From assembly GCA_018304385.1 (NCBI GenBank), contig JAGVWJ010000034.1, positions 1-26,023 on the forward strand: DNA of 26,023 bases. Reading direction: 5' to 3'. Each line of letters opens with the position of its first letter. The first letter of the stretch is position 1. The DNA is from Candidatus Micrarchaeota archaeon. GTDB taxonomy: Archaea > Micrarchaeota > Micrarchaeia > Anstonellales > Bilamarchaeaceae. The position numbers and the translations under genes were made by a program. The notes beneath the pieces were generated by a model. It ran no database searches, was not told the DNA's origin, and was given only the letters and a program-made list of their open reading frames with translations. This document shows, one piece after another, positions 15,585-24,991 of the stretch.

Positions 15585-16322
15585 ATGCCGCGTGGAAAAA
15601 AGATTATTATAGAAAAAGAGATTGAAGACAACGTAATAGATGAATATAAATCTTTGGATGTATCCGAGATAAAAAAAGAACGTGACAAGTTCGAGAGTTC
15701 TTTGTCTAGCTCAGTTGCTGGCGTTTATAAGGCAGCTTCAGCGCTATATAAGCAAAAAACAAGTGAAGATGATTTAGAATCCAAGCATAATTTGTTCTCA
15801 GTTAGATCTGCTTATGATTATCTAAGGGAAAGTGGCGTAGTTATATCGTTTCGCGCATTTGGTGGCAGAATAGAACGTGGCACAGTGCCATATGTAAAAG
15901 TCGGTAGAAAAAGGTTCATACCAAGAGGCGTTCTAGATGATGTTGTAAATACCAAAAATGACTTCTTTACTGTAAGAGAAGCTTATTCCGAGTATAAAAG
16001 GTCAAACTCTGCAATTAACTTTAGGGCATTTATTGGTAGAATAGAAAAGGGCTCTGTACCATCAGTAAAATTCGGTACACGCAGATTAGTGCCAAAGGAT
16101 GCAGTTGATGCATTAACCCACATAAGTAAAAATTACTACTCAGTAAGCGAAGCAGTAAAGGAATTGCACAAGAGTACTATTCGTATAAAAAGAAATGCTT
16201 TTGAGCGAAGACTTGACCGTGGAAGGATTCCACACGTTAAGGTTGGTGGAAGGAGATTTATCCACGAAGAGGTTCTTCAAGAGCTAATTGGCAAAGAAAT
16301 TGCCTTAAGAGAAAGAGAATAA
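15585..16322 (+). CDS. Protein with three tandem excisionase/MerR-like (HTH_17-type) DNA-binding domains
   Basis: SD-like AAGGTGGT precedes ATG 15585. Three ~55-aa repeats: FSVRSAY..GTVPYVKVGRKRFIP, FTVREAY..GSVPSVKFGTRRLVP and YSVSEAV..GRIPHVKVGGRRFIH. Confidence 0.8.
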   Translation: MPRGKKIIIEKEIEDNVIDEYKSLDVSEIKKERDKFESSLSSSVAGVYKAASALYKQKTSEDDLESKHNLFSVRSAYDYLRESGVVISFRAFGGRIERGTVPYVKVGRKRFIPRGVLDDVVNTKNDFFTVREAYSEYKRSNSAINFRAFIGRIEKGSVPSVKFGTRRLVPKDAVDALTHISKNYYSVSEAVKELHKSTIRIKRNAFERRLDRGRIPHVKVGGRRFIHEEVLQELIGKEIALRERE

Positions 16323-16355
16323 TCTCTTTTTATTTTTTCTTATTCTAATTGTTTT

Positions 16356-18651
16356 ATGCAAATACACAAAGCCTATTTTTTAGATGCGGATTATATTGTC
16401 CGAAACAATAAAACTTATATACGACTTTTAGTTAAGGGTAAAAAGCTAACCAGATTATACTTCGAATATGAACCTTATTTTTACGTAGATTGTGATGAGA
16501 ACAGCAAGAAAGATATAGAGAAAATACACACGCAAGCAAAAAATGGCAAAATGATTAAGGTTGCCAGGGTAGAAGGCTGCGAGAAAATAATATCTGGTAA
16601 GCAGAAAAACATAATGAAAGTTTTTTGTCATGCTCCAGGGGATGTGCCATTAATAAAACAGGCAATTCCTTTCACTTGTTATGAATATAATATTCCATTT
16701 ACAAAGCGTTTTATTTTTGACATGAAACTTATTCCATTTTCAATTATTCATTACAAGCGTGATGGCCGCATAATAAAAGATATAACTAAGATTGAGCAAA
16801 GCGATAAAGTTGAGCTGGATACGCTCTCCTTTGATATAGAAACATATAACCCATTAGGTGCACCAAGGGAAAACAAAGACCCAATAATTATGATAAGTTA
16901 TGCCGGAAAGCACAGTGGCGTTATTTCTTATAAAAAAGCACACAAAGAATTTTTGCAAGTAGTACAAGATGAGAAGGATATGCTTGAGAGGTTTTCTGAA
17001 ATAATCGAACAAGAAGCGCCAGACGTTATATTTGGGTATAACACGAGCAATTTTGATTTACCATATCTAGAAAAAAGGTCTGACTTGCTAAAAGCAAGGC
17101 TGGTTCTTGGTAGAACTAAGCTGCTAAAAAAGATAAGAAAAGGCATGGTAAATGGCATGCGTATTGATGGCAGAATACATATAGATGTTTACCCTGCTGT
17201 TCGTTTTTTTGGTTTTATTGGGCTTATAAAAGCGCAAGAATTTACATTAAGAAAAATATCTGAAGAGGTCATAGGTAAGAAGAAAATTGATCTAAAGATG
17301 AATGATATTTGGCAATTGTGGGATAAGAACAAAATAGAAGAACTAGCAGAATATTCTCTTGTCGATGCACAAATAACAAAAGAACTCGGCGATCATTTTC
17401 TTCCGTTGCAAATAGAACTAAGCAGAGTGGCTAAGATGACATTATTTGATGTAGCACTTTCTACAAGTGGGCAATTAGTCGAGAATCTCTTGATGTATGA
17501 AGCTACTCAGAAAAACATGATATCTCCATCCAGGCCTTCAGATAGTTCGGTGAAAGAGCGAATGGCGAATCCGATAGAAGGCGCTTATGTGAAAATACCA
17601 GAGCCAGGCATTTACAATAATATTGCAGTAATGGACTTCAGAGGATTATATCCATCCATTATCGTTTCATATAATATTGATCCATTAACAATTGATAAAA
17701 ATGGAGATGAAAATTGTTTTATATCACCTACTGGTGCAAAATTTCTTAAAAAACCGCTTGGACTTATACCTTCTGTTGTAGACTGGTTGTTGGATTATAG
17801 AATAAAAATAAAACAGGAATTGAAGAAAGCTGAGAAAGGAAGTGCGAAATATAAAACACTCGAAGCACGTTCGCACGCACTTAAGATTTTAACAAATAGC
17901 GTTTATGGATATACAGCGTATCCACGCGCTAGATGGTATTCTAGAGAATGTGGAGAAAGCACTACTGCCTGGGGTAGAAAGCACATACAAGAAACAATAA
18001 AAGCAGCAGAAGAAGCAGGATTTAAAGTACTTTACGGTGATACTGATTCTCTCATGATTTTATATGAAGATAAAAATAAAGTATTGGATTTTTTAGAAAA
18101 AATAAATAAATCCTTGCCAGAGAAAATGGAGCTTGAACTTGAAGCTTAGCGAAGATGGCAGAATAAAAATACGTGGCTTTGAGCTTGTAAGGCGTGATTG
18201 GAGCGAAATAGCAAAATCAACACAACTAAAAGTACTAGAAGCAATACTAAGAGAAGGAAGTAAAGAAAAAGCAGTGGACATAGTAAGAAAAACAATTCAG
18301 CGCTTGCGCGAAGGAACCGTCCCACTAGAAGAGCTTGCAATAATGACGCAGCTAAGCAAGGACACAAGAGAGTATGATATTGTTAGCCCAGAAGTAAGTG
18401 CTGCTAAAAAGATGATAGCTAATGGTATGCCTATGGAGAAAGGAAGCGTTGTATCCTATGTAATAACAAAAAAAGGCAAGAGTGTTTCTGAAAAGGCACA
18501 TCCTTTGGAAATGGCAAAGGATTATGATGCAGATTATTATATTAACAACCAGGTGCTTCCAGCAGTTATGAAAATACTAAAAGAACTAGGTTACGAAGAG
18601 TATGATTTGAAGATTGGTGGCAAGCAGAAGGGGTTGGGGGACTTTGTATAA
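16356..18651 (+). pseudogene. polB: Archaeal family B DNA polymerase broken into 16356-18149 and ~18145-18651 by a frameshifting deletion (real lesion or assembly error)
   Basis: Exo I/II/III (DIETY, YNTSNFD, YSLVD), motif A DFRGLYPSI, motif B KILTNSVYGY and motif C YGDTDS are in frame 1. [15 protein letters not shown] and YYINNQVLPAV are in the +1 frame. The segment containing KKxY between LELE and LSEDG is absent. Confidence 0.85.
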
Positions 18652-18652
18652 A

Positions 18653-18660
18653 TTTATAAA
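18653..18660 (+). promoter_or_regulatory. TATA box for the 18683-19009 / 19009-19356 / pus10 operon
   Basis: TTTATAAA lies 22 nt before ATG 18683. Confidence 0.6.
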
Positions 18661-18682
18661 ATAATCATTTCAATATAATCCT

Positions 18683-19009
18683 ATGGCAACTCCTAAGCAA
18701 GTAAGAAAAGAAGAACCAAAAGAGGAAGAAAAGGAAACAATATGGCATAAAATAGTAAGCCTAATAGAGCACGGTAGAAAACCGACTGGGGTCTCAATGA
18801 ACGAGTACCTAGCATTAGGTGCTGAAAGGGAAAAGGGTCGGCATCTAGGTAAGGTAGTAGTTAGAAAAGAAAAAATAGAATTAAAGGTTACGCCAACTGC
18901 AGTTGCAGAAGCAGAGACACTTCGTAATCAGTTGAATGAAGCTGCGCGCCATGACGAACCATTGTTCTGGCCTCGCGCTAAAAGAGGATCTACAGAAGCG
19001 GTGGCATAA
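18683..19009 (+). CDS. Hypothetical charged protein
   Basis: 108-aa ORF with a well-placed TATA box; its stop overlaps the next start (TAATG). Confidence 0.65.
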   Translation: MATPKQVRKEEPKEEEKETIWHKIVSLIEHGRKPTGVSMNEYLALGAEREKGRHLGKVVVRKEKIELKVTPTAVAEAETLRNQLNEAARHDEPLFWPRAKRGSTEAVA

Positions 19010-19356
19010 TGGATGTTTTTGAAAACGTAGATGATGAAGTAAAATCGCGCATAATAGAGCGCTGGAAAACAATGAGCGAGAGCGATAAAACACATTTTAT
19101 TAATCAGGTTTCACTTGCATTAAGTGTTTGGGGTAGTGATGAGCAAGGAAAGCAACTTGTTGTTGAGATATTACGTGCAATGGTATCGAATGGCTCTTCT
19201 ACACTTGCAGATTTTGGCTTATATGCTGAAAAGACGCTTCAATCAATAAATGATGGTGTGCTAAAGGCAAAGATTAGGCGCGCATCACTTATTTTGGATG
19301 GATATAGAATAAAGAATTCTTTGCCTAGTGAACCGCACAAAGAGATAGGGATATAG
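19009..19356 (+). CDS. Hypothetical helical protein
   Basis: 115-aa ORF translationally coupled to the previous gene and ending 2 nt before pus10. Confidence 0.7.
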   Translation: MDVFENVDDEVKSRIIERWKTMSESDKTHFINQVSLALSVWGSDEQGKQLVVEILRAMVSNGSSTLADFGLYAEKTLQSINDGVLKAKIRRASLILDGYRIKNSLPSEPHKEIGI

Positions 19357-19358
19357 CG

Positions 19359-20471
19359 GTGAGTTTTTTGACCAACTTATGTACTATTTGTAATTCAGCG
19401 AATAACAATAGCTATCCCCCGGGTGATTGCTTTTTATGTAATAATTTGCTAGAGAGTTTAGATCAATTGCTGCACCAGGCAAGCGAGCAAATAGTTAATG
19501 AACACTGCGAAAGCTTTGCAATAGCAACACGTTTTCCAGATGAATGGCTTATTAAAGAAGAGGAGCTCTGGGATAAGCAAATAAGCAAGGCAGAAAGTTT
19601 GAAAACAGTTATCAATAAAAAAATAGCAAATGCGCTTGCAGAAAGCACTGGTAAACAATATGATGCAATAAACGGAGACATTCGTGTTATATTTGAGTTT
19701 AAGAAAGGCAGGGTAAAGGTATTTTACGAAAATCTTTTTATTTTCGGAAGATATAAAAAACTTGTTGGCAATTTATCGCAATCGCGCTGGCTTTGCTGGC
19801 GATGCCGTGGCCACGGTTGTAAAAAATGCGATAATAAAGGAAAATTTTATACATCAGTGGAAGAACTTATTGGTGACGTGTTTAAAGAATATGCAAACGC
19901 AAGCAATTATTCTTTGCATGCATCTGGTCGCGAAGATGTTGATGCAACAAACAGTGCAGGCAGACCATTTGTTATTGAGATAATTAATCCAAAGAATAGA
20001 AGACTTGATTTGGATAAAATTACAAGTGAAATAAATGCTGATGAGAATGTGTGCGTTGAGAATCTAAAACTTACAAATCGCGCTGCAGTTGAGCTTGTTT
20101 CTAATTCTAGTTTTGATAAAGAGTATATCGCAGAAGTAGAATTCGATAAAGATATGGGCAATGAAGATATAAAGAAAATAGAATCCCTTGGCAACGTGCT
20201 TATTGAGCAACGAACGCCAGAGCGCGTTTCGCATAGGCGAGCGGATTTAATTAGAAAAAGAAGAGTAAAAGAAATAGAGGTTGTTAAGCATGAAGCAAAT
20301 AAAGCAACAATCCGTATTCTTGCTGAGGCAGGCACTTACATCAAAGAATTAATCAACGGGGATAATGAGCGAACAAAGCCAAATATAGCTAACTTGCTTA
20401 CTTGCAGCGCTAAATGTACATCGCTAAATGTTAGCAAGATCTATGATGGGTTTTTGGATTTATGCATTTAA
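19359..20471 (+). CDS. pus10: tRNA pseudouridine(54/55) synthase Pus10
   Basis: N-terminal Cys pairs, GRYKKLV..LSQSRW, CWRCRGHGCKKC, catalytic HASGREDVD, GRPFVIEI, QRTPERV.HRRAD and AGTYIKELI. Confidence 0.95.
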   Translation: MSFLTNLCTICNSANNNSYPPGDCFLCNNLLESLDQLLHQASEQIVNEHCESFAIATRFPDEWLIKEEELWDKQISKAESLKTVINKKIANALAESTGKQYDAINGDIRVIFEFKKGRVKVFYENLFIFGRYKKLVGNLSQSRWLCWRCRGHGCKKCDNKGKFYTSVEELIGDVFKEYANASNYSLHASGREDVDATNSAGRPFVIEIINPKNRRLDLDKITSEINADENVCVENLKLTNRAAVELVSNSSFDKEYIAEVEFDKDMGNEDIKKIESLGNVLIEQRTPERVSHRRADLIRKRRVKEIEVVKHEANKATIRILAEAGTYIKELINGDNERTKPNIANLLTCSAKCTSLNVSKIYDGFLDLCI

Positions 20472-21455
20472 CTCTTTTTTTATTAGTCCATGGTAACTTC
20501 TACCAACACTTCCCATTAACTCTAGCATAACTTGCGTTCCGATTGGTGATTCATTCCAAATCTCAAAACATGTCTTTAGTGCAGCACAAACATTTCTTAC
20601 ACTAGCTTCAAACTCTTCACTTGACATTCTTACATCTTTTAGCCATAGGAACCCTCCTCTTTTTGAGGGCCTTGTTTCAAAATCAAATTGAAATCTCCTT
20701 AAGCGGTTTAATGCATCTAATGCATGTAAAAAGCTTAGTACTGCTTCATCACTGAATATATGTAGCTCGCTCATTGGCGGATGCATATCATGTAATATAA
20801 ATGTTCTTAGATGTGGTTCTTGTTTTGTATCTAAAATAGCAATACCCGGATTCTGGATTACATTCTGACGATTGAATCGATCTACAGGGGTTATTAATGC
20901 TGTGAAGTATGCTTCTAACCCAGTTTCGCTTAAAAGATGCCTTAAAGTTGCTATTGCTATCAATAATATCTCCTCGGGTCTTTTAAAAGGACGTATCCTA
21001 TTGCCATCTAGCGTGTTTACTGGATCTATAGACAATAGATAACCTGGTGTAGGCAAAACATCTAGATCAGTTACCCTTGGCCTTATTGCAGCAGGTATAT
21101 CAGCTAGCGCAAAATAAACATCATTCTCTGGTTTGAAGAATCTTCCTTCATTCATTTGGAATTCTAATGGAACCATTATGTCTATTAAAACACTAATTAA
21201 TTTATCTACTAAAGGAAGATCTGTTTTTGGTCCTGTTTTTACTAAACGATCAATGCTTGCAGCAAATGCAGCAACACGTCTATTGTTGTCGTCACCAAAA
21301 GGTGCTTCTGTTAATGGCTTGCGCAATAATGCTAGCTTCGCAGCAGCGATTTCTTCTTTTAACCCACTACCACCTCTAGCTATTGCGCCTTGCGGAGTAA
21401 CTACTCCTCCAAAATTTAGTCTATGATACATTATAGGTCTAGTTGGCTCAACCAT
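20460..21455 (-). CDS. Hypothetical protein
   Basis: 331-aa ORF with TTTATAAA (21478-21485) 22 nt upstream of its ATG; it overlaps the pus10 3' end by 12 nt. No family recognised. Confidence 0.7.
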   Translation of the reverse strand: MVEPTRPIMYHRLNFGGVVTPQGAIARGGSGLKEEIAAAKLALLRKPLTEAPFGDDNNRRVAAFAASIDRLVKTGPKTDLPLVDKLISVLIDIMVPLEFQMNEGRFFKPENDVYFALADIPAAIRPRVTDLDVLPTPGYLLSIDPVNTLDGNRIRPFKRPEEILLIAIATLRHLLSETGLEAYFTALITPVDRFNRQNVIQNPGIAILDTKQEPHLRTFILHDMHPPMSELHIFSDEAVLSFLHALDALNRLRRFQFDFETRPSKRGGFLWLKDVRMSSEEFEASVRNVCAALKTCFEIWNESPIGTQVMLELMGSVGRSYHGLIKKELNA

Positions 21456-21489
21456 ATATCTTATATGTTATAAAAGCTTTATAAATGTG

Positions 21490-22176
21490 CTATTTATTGT
21501 CTGCGAAGATGATCTCCCGTCTGTTATTTGTATTTTTTACTGTTATAGTGTCTCCTTCTACTGTTACTACTACGTCCTTAGTGCCATTTAAACCGCTTCT
21601 AAGCGTATTTGCGAATCGTCTTGCTGTTCTAGCATTGCCAACAGAAAACTGGTATTCTGGTATGGACCTTGCTTCCTCTTCAACCGGTTCACCTGTTATC
21701 GGATCTATCTCTTTCTTTTTTCTCAGGCAGCCTATTTCGCACTCCTCTTCTTGTTCGACCTTAATTGGTTTACCAGTAATAACTGCTACAACCATTTCCT
21801 TTACCTTTGCTAGCGCAGCCTTTAATTCATCGCTTAGCTCACCAAGTTGTCTTGTAGCAGTTTCAAATGCCTTATCTGCAACATCTTTATCTACTTGCAC
21901 AATTGTCGCCTTGCCATTTGCTTGATTTGCATGGGAATTAACAGGAGCGACTAATAGTAATACTGCAGCAGCGCCAGCTGTAATCTCGCGTAACATTGCA
22001 CTTGCCCAACTTCTTACCTCTGGTTTTGGGCTTTTCGCATCGTTTGTTAATGCTGCAATTGCAAGATTTTTATCTATTCCATCTATTCTATCTAATATTG
22101 GTTGCTTTGATCTTAAGGCATGTACGTCTTTTAGATCTCGAACCGTTCTTCCTCTTTCAAATACATTCAATCTCAT
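21490..22176 (-). CDS. Hypothetical protein with an internal signal-peptide-like hydrophobic segment
   Basis: SD-like AGGTGAT precedes ATG 22176 (MRLNVFER...), so that start is preferred over the track GTG at 22185. Contains AGAAAVLLLVAPVNSHA. Confidence 0.65.
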   Translation of the reverse strand: MRLNVFERGRTVRDLKDVHALRSKQPILDRIDGIDKNLAIAALTNDAKSPKPEVRSWASAMLREITAGAAAVLLLVAPVNSHANQANGKATIVQVDKDVADKAFETATRQLGELSDELKAALAKVKEMVVAVITGKPIKVEQEEECEIGCLRKKKEIDPITGEPVEEEARSIPEYQFSVGNARTARRFANTLRSGLNGTKDVVVTVEGDTITVKNTNNRREIIFADNK

Positions 22177-22321
22177 TAATATCACCTTTTTTGCGCGCTG
22201 AGCGCAAAGTAATGAATAAACAGTGTTTTTCCTTATTTAAAACAAAATTTTCGAGAAAACATTAGGAAACTTTAAAGAAGCTTTCAAAAAGCATTTAAAA
22301 CATTACTTCTATTCTATATGC

Positions 22322-23641
22322 ATGCGAGTTTTGCTTGTTGGTCATGATGCTGTGGCGCATGCTGTTGCAGAGCAATTGGCAAGAGACTGTGAGCTATATG
22401 CAATTATGGAAAAACCAAACCCAGGAATCTTAAAATCAACGCAACAGGGATATATTTGTAATTTTTCTAATATCGAAGTAATTGGCGCATGGGCACTAAT
22501 GCGTAATATTGACCTAGTTTTTATCACTGCTAAAGAGGCAATATATGCTGGTTTGGCAGATGCATTACACGACGCTGGTTTTAAGGTCGCCTCTCCTTCT
22601 ATGGCGGCCGCCACCATTGGCAATAACCGTGCTTATGCAAGAAGAATGTTTCGTAATTATGTTAATTTTCCTCGTAGTGTTGTTTGTAAAAATTTAAAAG
22701 AAGTAAAAACTGCTTTGAGTGATTTTAACAGGTTTTTATTAAAGCCAACAATAAGAAGTGAGTGGCAAGGTTTACGTGTTGCTGACTTAAAAGATGAAAA
22801 AGTGATTCTAAAAAACGCTGAAGACCTTATAAAAAGGCAGGGAAGCGTTGTTATTGAGGAATATACCGACGGTGAGGAATTTACAATACAGGCAATTTCA
22901 GATGGTAAAAGCATATCCATGTTCCAACCAATTAGGGTTGCGAAACACTCATTAGATGGAGACTTAGGTGAAAATACAGAAGGAATGGCAAGTTATTCTA
23001 CTGGTAATCTATTATCATTTTTAACAGAAGAAGATTTTGTTGCAGCAAAGTCAATGCTCGAGAAAATAATACTTGTACTAAGGGCAAAAGGAACGGTGTA
23101 TAAAGGTATAATCCACGGTCGTTTTATTATAAGCTCAAAAGGGGTAAAATTAGTAGATTTAGATTCATCATTTGGAAACCCAGAAGGTATAAATTGCATG
23201 GCAGCGCTCAAGACTCAATTTTCAGAGGTATTGCGAAGTGTTGCTGATGGAAACTTGCGTGCTCCATCATTTTCTGATAGACCAACTGTTGTTAAGTATA
23301 TAGTTCCAAAGGAATATCCTGATGAAAGCGGAAAAAATAAAAGTGAATTAGTTCTAGATGAGAAAAAAATATGGGACAATGGTTGTAGATATTATTTTGA
23401 AGATATTGAATTTAGGGATAGTAAGTTATTTTTGACAAATAGGCGCGCAGTTGCAATATCTGCAAGTGGCGAAACATTAGAAGAGGCTGAGCAACGTGTT
23501 AGCGCTGCACTGGCAACATTATCTGGCGATATCCGCTGGCGTGCAGATGTTGCTACGAAAGGTTATACTGATAAGAGGGTAAAGCGTGCATCTGCGCTTA
23601 AGGGAAGCTTTTTGTATTTGAGACCTGTTGTGAAAAGATAA
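22322..23641 (+). CDS. Degenerate PurD-like ATP-grasp protein
   Basis: PurD architecture over its full length (MRVLLVG, NPGI, VVIEEYTDGEEFTIQAISDG, GENTEGMASY, FGNPE, VVKYIVPKEYP, RAV), but the signature motifs are altered. Confidence 0.75.
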   Translation: MRVLLVGHDAVAHAVAEQLARDCELYAIMEKPNPGILKSTQQGYICNFSNIEVIGAWALMRNIDLVFITAKEAIYAGLADALHDAGFKVASPSMAAATIGNNRAYARRMFRNYVNFPRSVVCKNLKEVKTALSDFNRFLLKPTIRSEWQGLRVADLKDEKVILKNAEDLIKRQGSVVIEEYTDGEEFTIQAISDGKSISMFQPIRVAKHSLDGDLGENTEGMASYSTGNLLSFLTEEDFVAAKSMLEKIILVLRAKGTVYKGIIHGRFIISSKGVKLVDLDSSFGNPEGINCMAALKTQFSEVLRSVADGNLRAPSFSDRPTVVKYIVPKEYPDESGKNKSELVLDEKKIWDNGCRYYFEDIEFRDSKLFLTNRRAVAISASGETLEEAEQRVSAALATLSGDIRWRADVATKGYTDKRVKRASALKGSFLYLRPVVKR

Positions 23642-23673
23642 ACTTTATAAACTTATTTATCTAATATAAACTT

Positions 23674-23922
23674 ATGAAAACAGTATTATTGAAAAATGTG
23701 CCTGAGGAAGACTGGATATCATTCAAGACCGAAGCTGCAGCACATAATATGAAACTAGCGCAGTTTCTATCCTACGTACTTAGGGACCATACAGAAAAAA
23801 CGCATGTTAAAGAGAGGTGGGCGCGTATTCTTAGTTGGAGAAGTGGTGAAGGCAAAGCCACCATATCAAAAATGGCAAAAAAGATAAATAAACTAAGACA
23901 CAGTATTAAACTAGAGAGATAA
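23674..23922 (+). CDS. Putative antitoxin (ribbon-helix-helix-like, VapB role)
   Basis: 82 aa with an N-terminal strand-helix-helix pattern (MKTVLLKNVPEEDWISFKTEAA..KLAQFLSYVL). It ends 1 nt before a PIN gene and has TTTATAAA 22 nt upstream. Confidence 0.7.
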   Translation: MKTVLLKNVPEEDWISFKTEAAAHNMKLAQFLSYVLRDHTEKTHVKERWARILSWRSGEGKATISKMAKKINKLRHSIKLER

Positions 23923-23923
23923 A

Positions 23924-24316
23924 ATGTTACTGATAATAGATACAAACATTCTAATAGAGATAGACTGGGGTAATGAGGACTTAATAAAGAAAATAGAGAA
24001 CATAATGCTTGATTATCCTGATGCAGAGCCCGCAGTGACATGGGTAAATTATTTTGAGTTTTATTATGGTAAAGCAAAAAAACCAGAAACTGCACAAAAA
24101 GCACTAGAGTTTCTTGCAAATTTTTCATATCTTGGCATGGACACAGAGGCAACTCAAACCTTTGCCCACCTAAGAAGAGATAAAATAAATGCACCAGACG
24201 TAAAAGATTTTGATCTTGTCATCGCATCTATAACAATAGCTAATGATGCCATTTTAATAACCAAAGATAGCGATTTTAAGCAAGTGAAAAATCTGAATGT
24301 TAAGTTTTTGGAATAA
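23924..24316 (+). CDS. vapC: VapC-family PIN-domain ribonuclease toxin
   Basis: LIIDTNILI, conserved Glu in NYFEFYYG, DFDLVIAS and LITKDSDF. Confidence 0.92.
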   Translation: MLLIIDTNILIEIDWGNEDLIKKIENIMLDYPDAEPAVTWVNYFEFYYGKAKKPETAQKALEFLANFSYLGMDTEATQTFAHLRRDKINAPDVKDFDLVIASITIANDAILITKDSDFKQVKNLNVKFLE

Positions 24317-24376
24317 AATATTTGTGGCCAAAAATGGTAAAAGAAAGGTTTATAAACTGTTTGATAACTAATTATA

Positions 24377-24982
24377 ATGATGCTTATGACCCATAAATCT
24401 GTTATTGGAGGTTCAACAGTAGAATGGCGGAAAGCCTCCAAACTATCTATACTATTAAGTCGTCTTAAACTAATGCCAGATTATAATTGCATGGTAGAAG
24501 AAATGGCGGCCACGATAAGAAACGGAGCACCAAAAAGAGAGGCACGTGGACTTCCAAAAATGAGCGAGGATGACATTAGAAGAGAAGCAGAGAGTGCAGC
24601 GAGAGCGATTATAGATAATCCAGATGCATTTGTTAAAAGAGATCAATCAACTTATTTACGGCAATATTTCCAATCTAGTTCAGTTATGATCGATATTAAT
24701 TCAAGCCACCCAATAAGTAAAGTGTATGGTCGTTATACTGTATCTTGGAACCCTGTAGAAGGTTTTCAAACTAATAAAATAAAAGAAAAAGCAATAAAAA
24801 TCATATATATATATCCTAGAGGAGTTAGAAAACTGATAGAAGATGTAAAAGAATTTTTTAGAAACCTTATAGAGGAAAGAAGGATTAATAGGTTTAAAAG
24901 AGATGTTTTAGAAGCTGCTAAAGATGATTTTCGAATCGCTGCATTCGTGCAACAGCATGGAGCAACAATGGGTTTATTGTAG
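24377..24982 (+). CDS. Hypothetical protein
   Basis: 201-aa ORF preceded by GAAAGG-TTTATAAA (BRE/TATA, TATA at 24349-24356); no family recognised. Confidence 0.65.
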   Translation: MMLMTHKSVIGGSTVEWRKASKLSILLSRLKLMPDYNCMVEEMAATIRNGAPKREARGLPKMSEDDIRREAESAARAIIDNPDAFVKRDQSTYLRQYFQSSSVMIDINSSHPISKVYGRYTVSWNPVEGFQTNKIKEKAIKIIYIYPRGVRKLIEDVKEFFRNLIEERRINRFKRDVLEAAKDDFRIAAFVQQHGATMGLL

Positions 24983-24991
24983 TTTTCTTAT

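Noticed and set aside
18144-18152. Amber read-through, programmed frameshift or split intein as the explanation for the polB break
   Set aside because: The downstream part is in another frame, so read-through fails. I see no slippery run or intein motifs. A frameshift would still leave the KKxY segment missing.
23674-24316. VapBC pair as a novel defence system
   Set aside because: It is an ordinary archaeal type II toxin-antitoxin arrangement with no associated defence genes.
3632-24441. Remaining short nested or antisense ORFs in the track (for example 3969-4322, 6818-7144, 8318-8515, 10210-10515, 13655-13996, 19907-20335, 21485-21925, 23772-24194)
   Set aside because: Each overlaps a better-supported gene or the tRNA and shows no recognisable motif.
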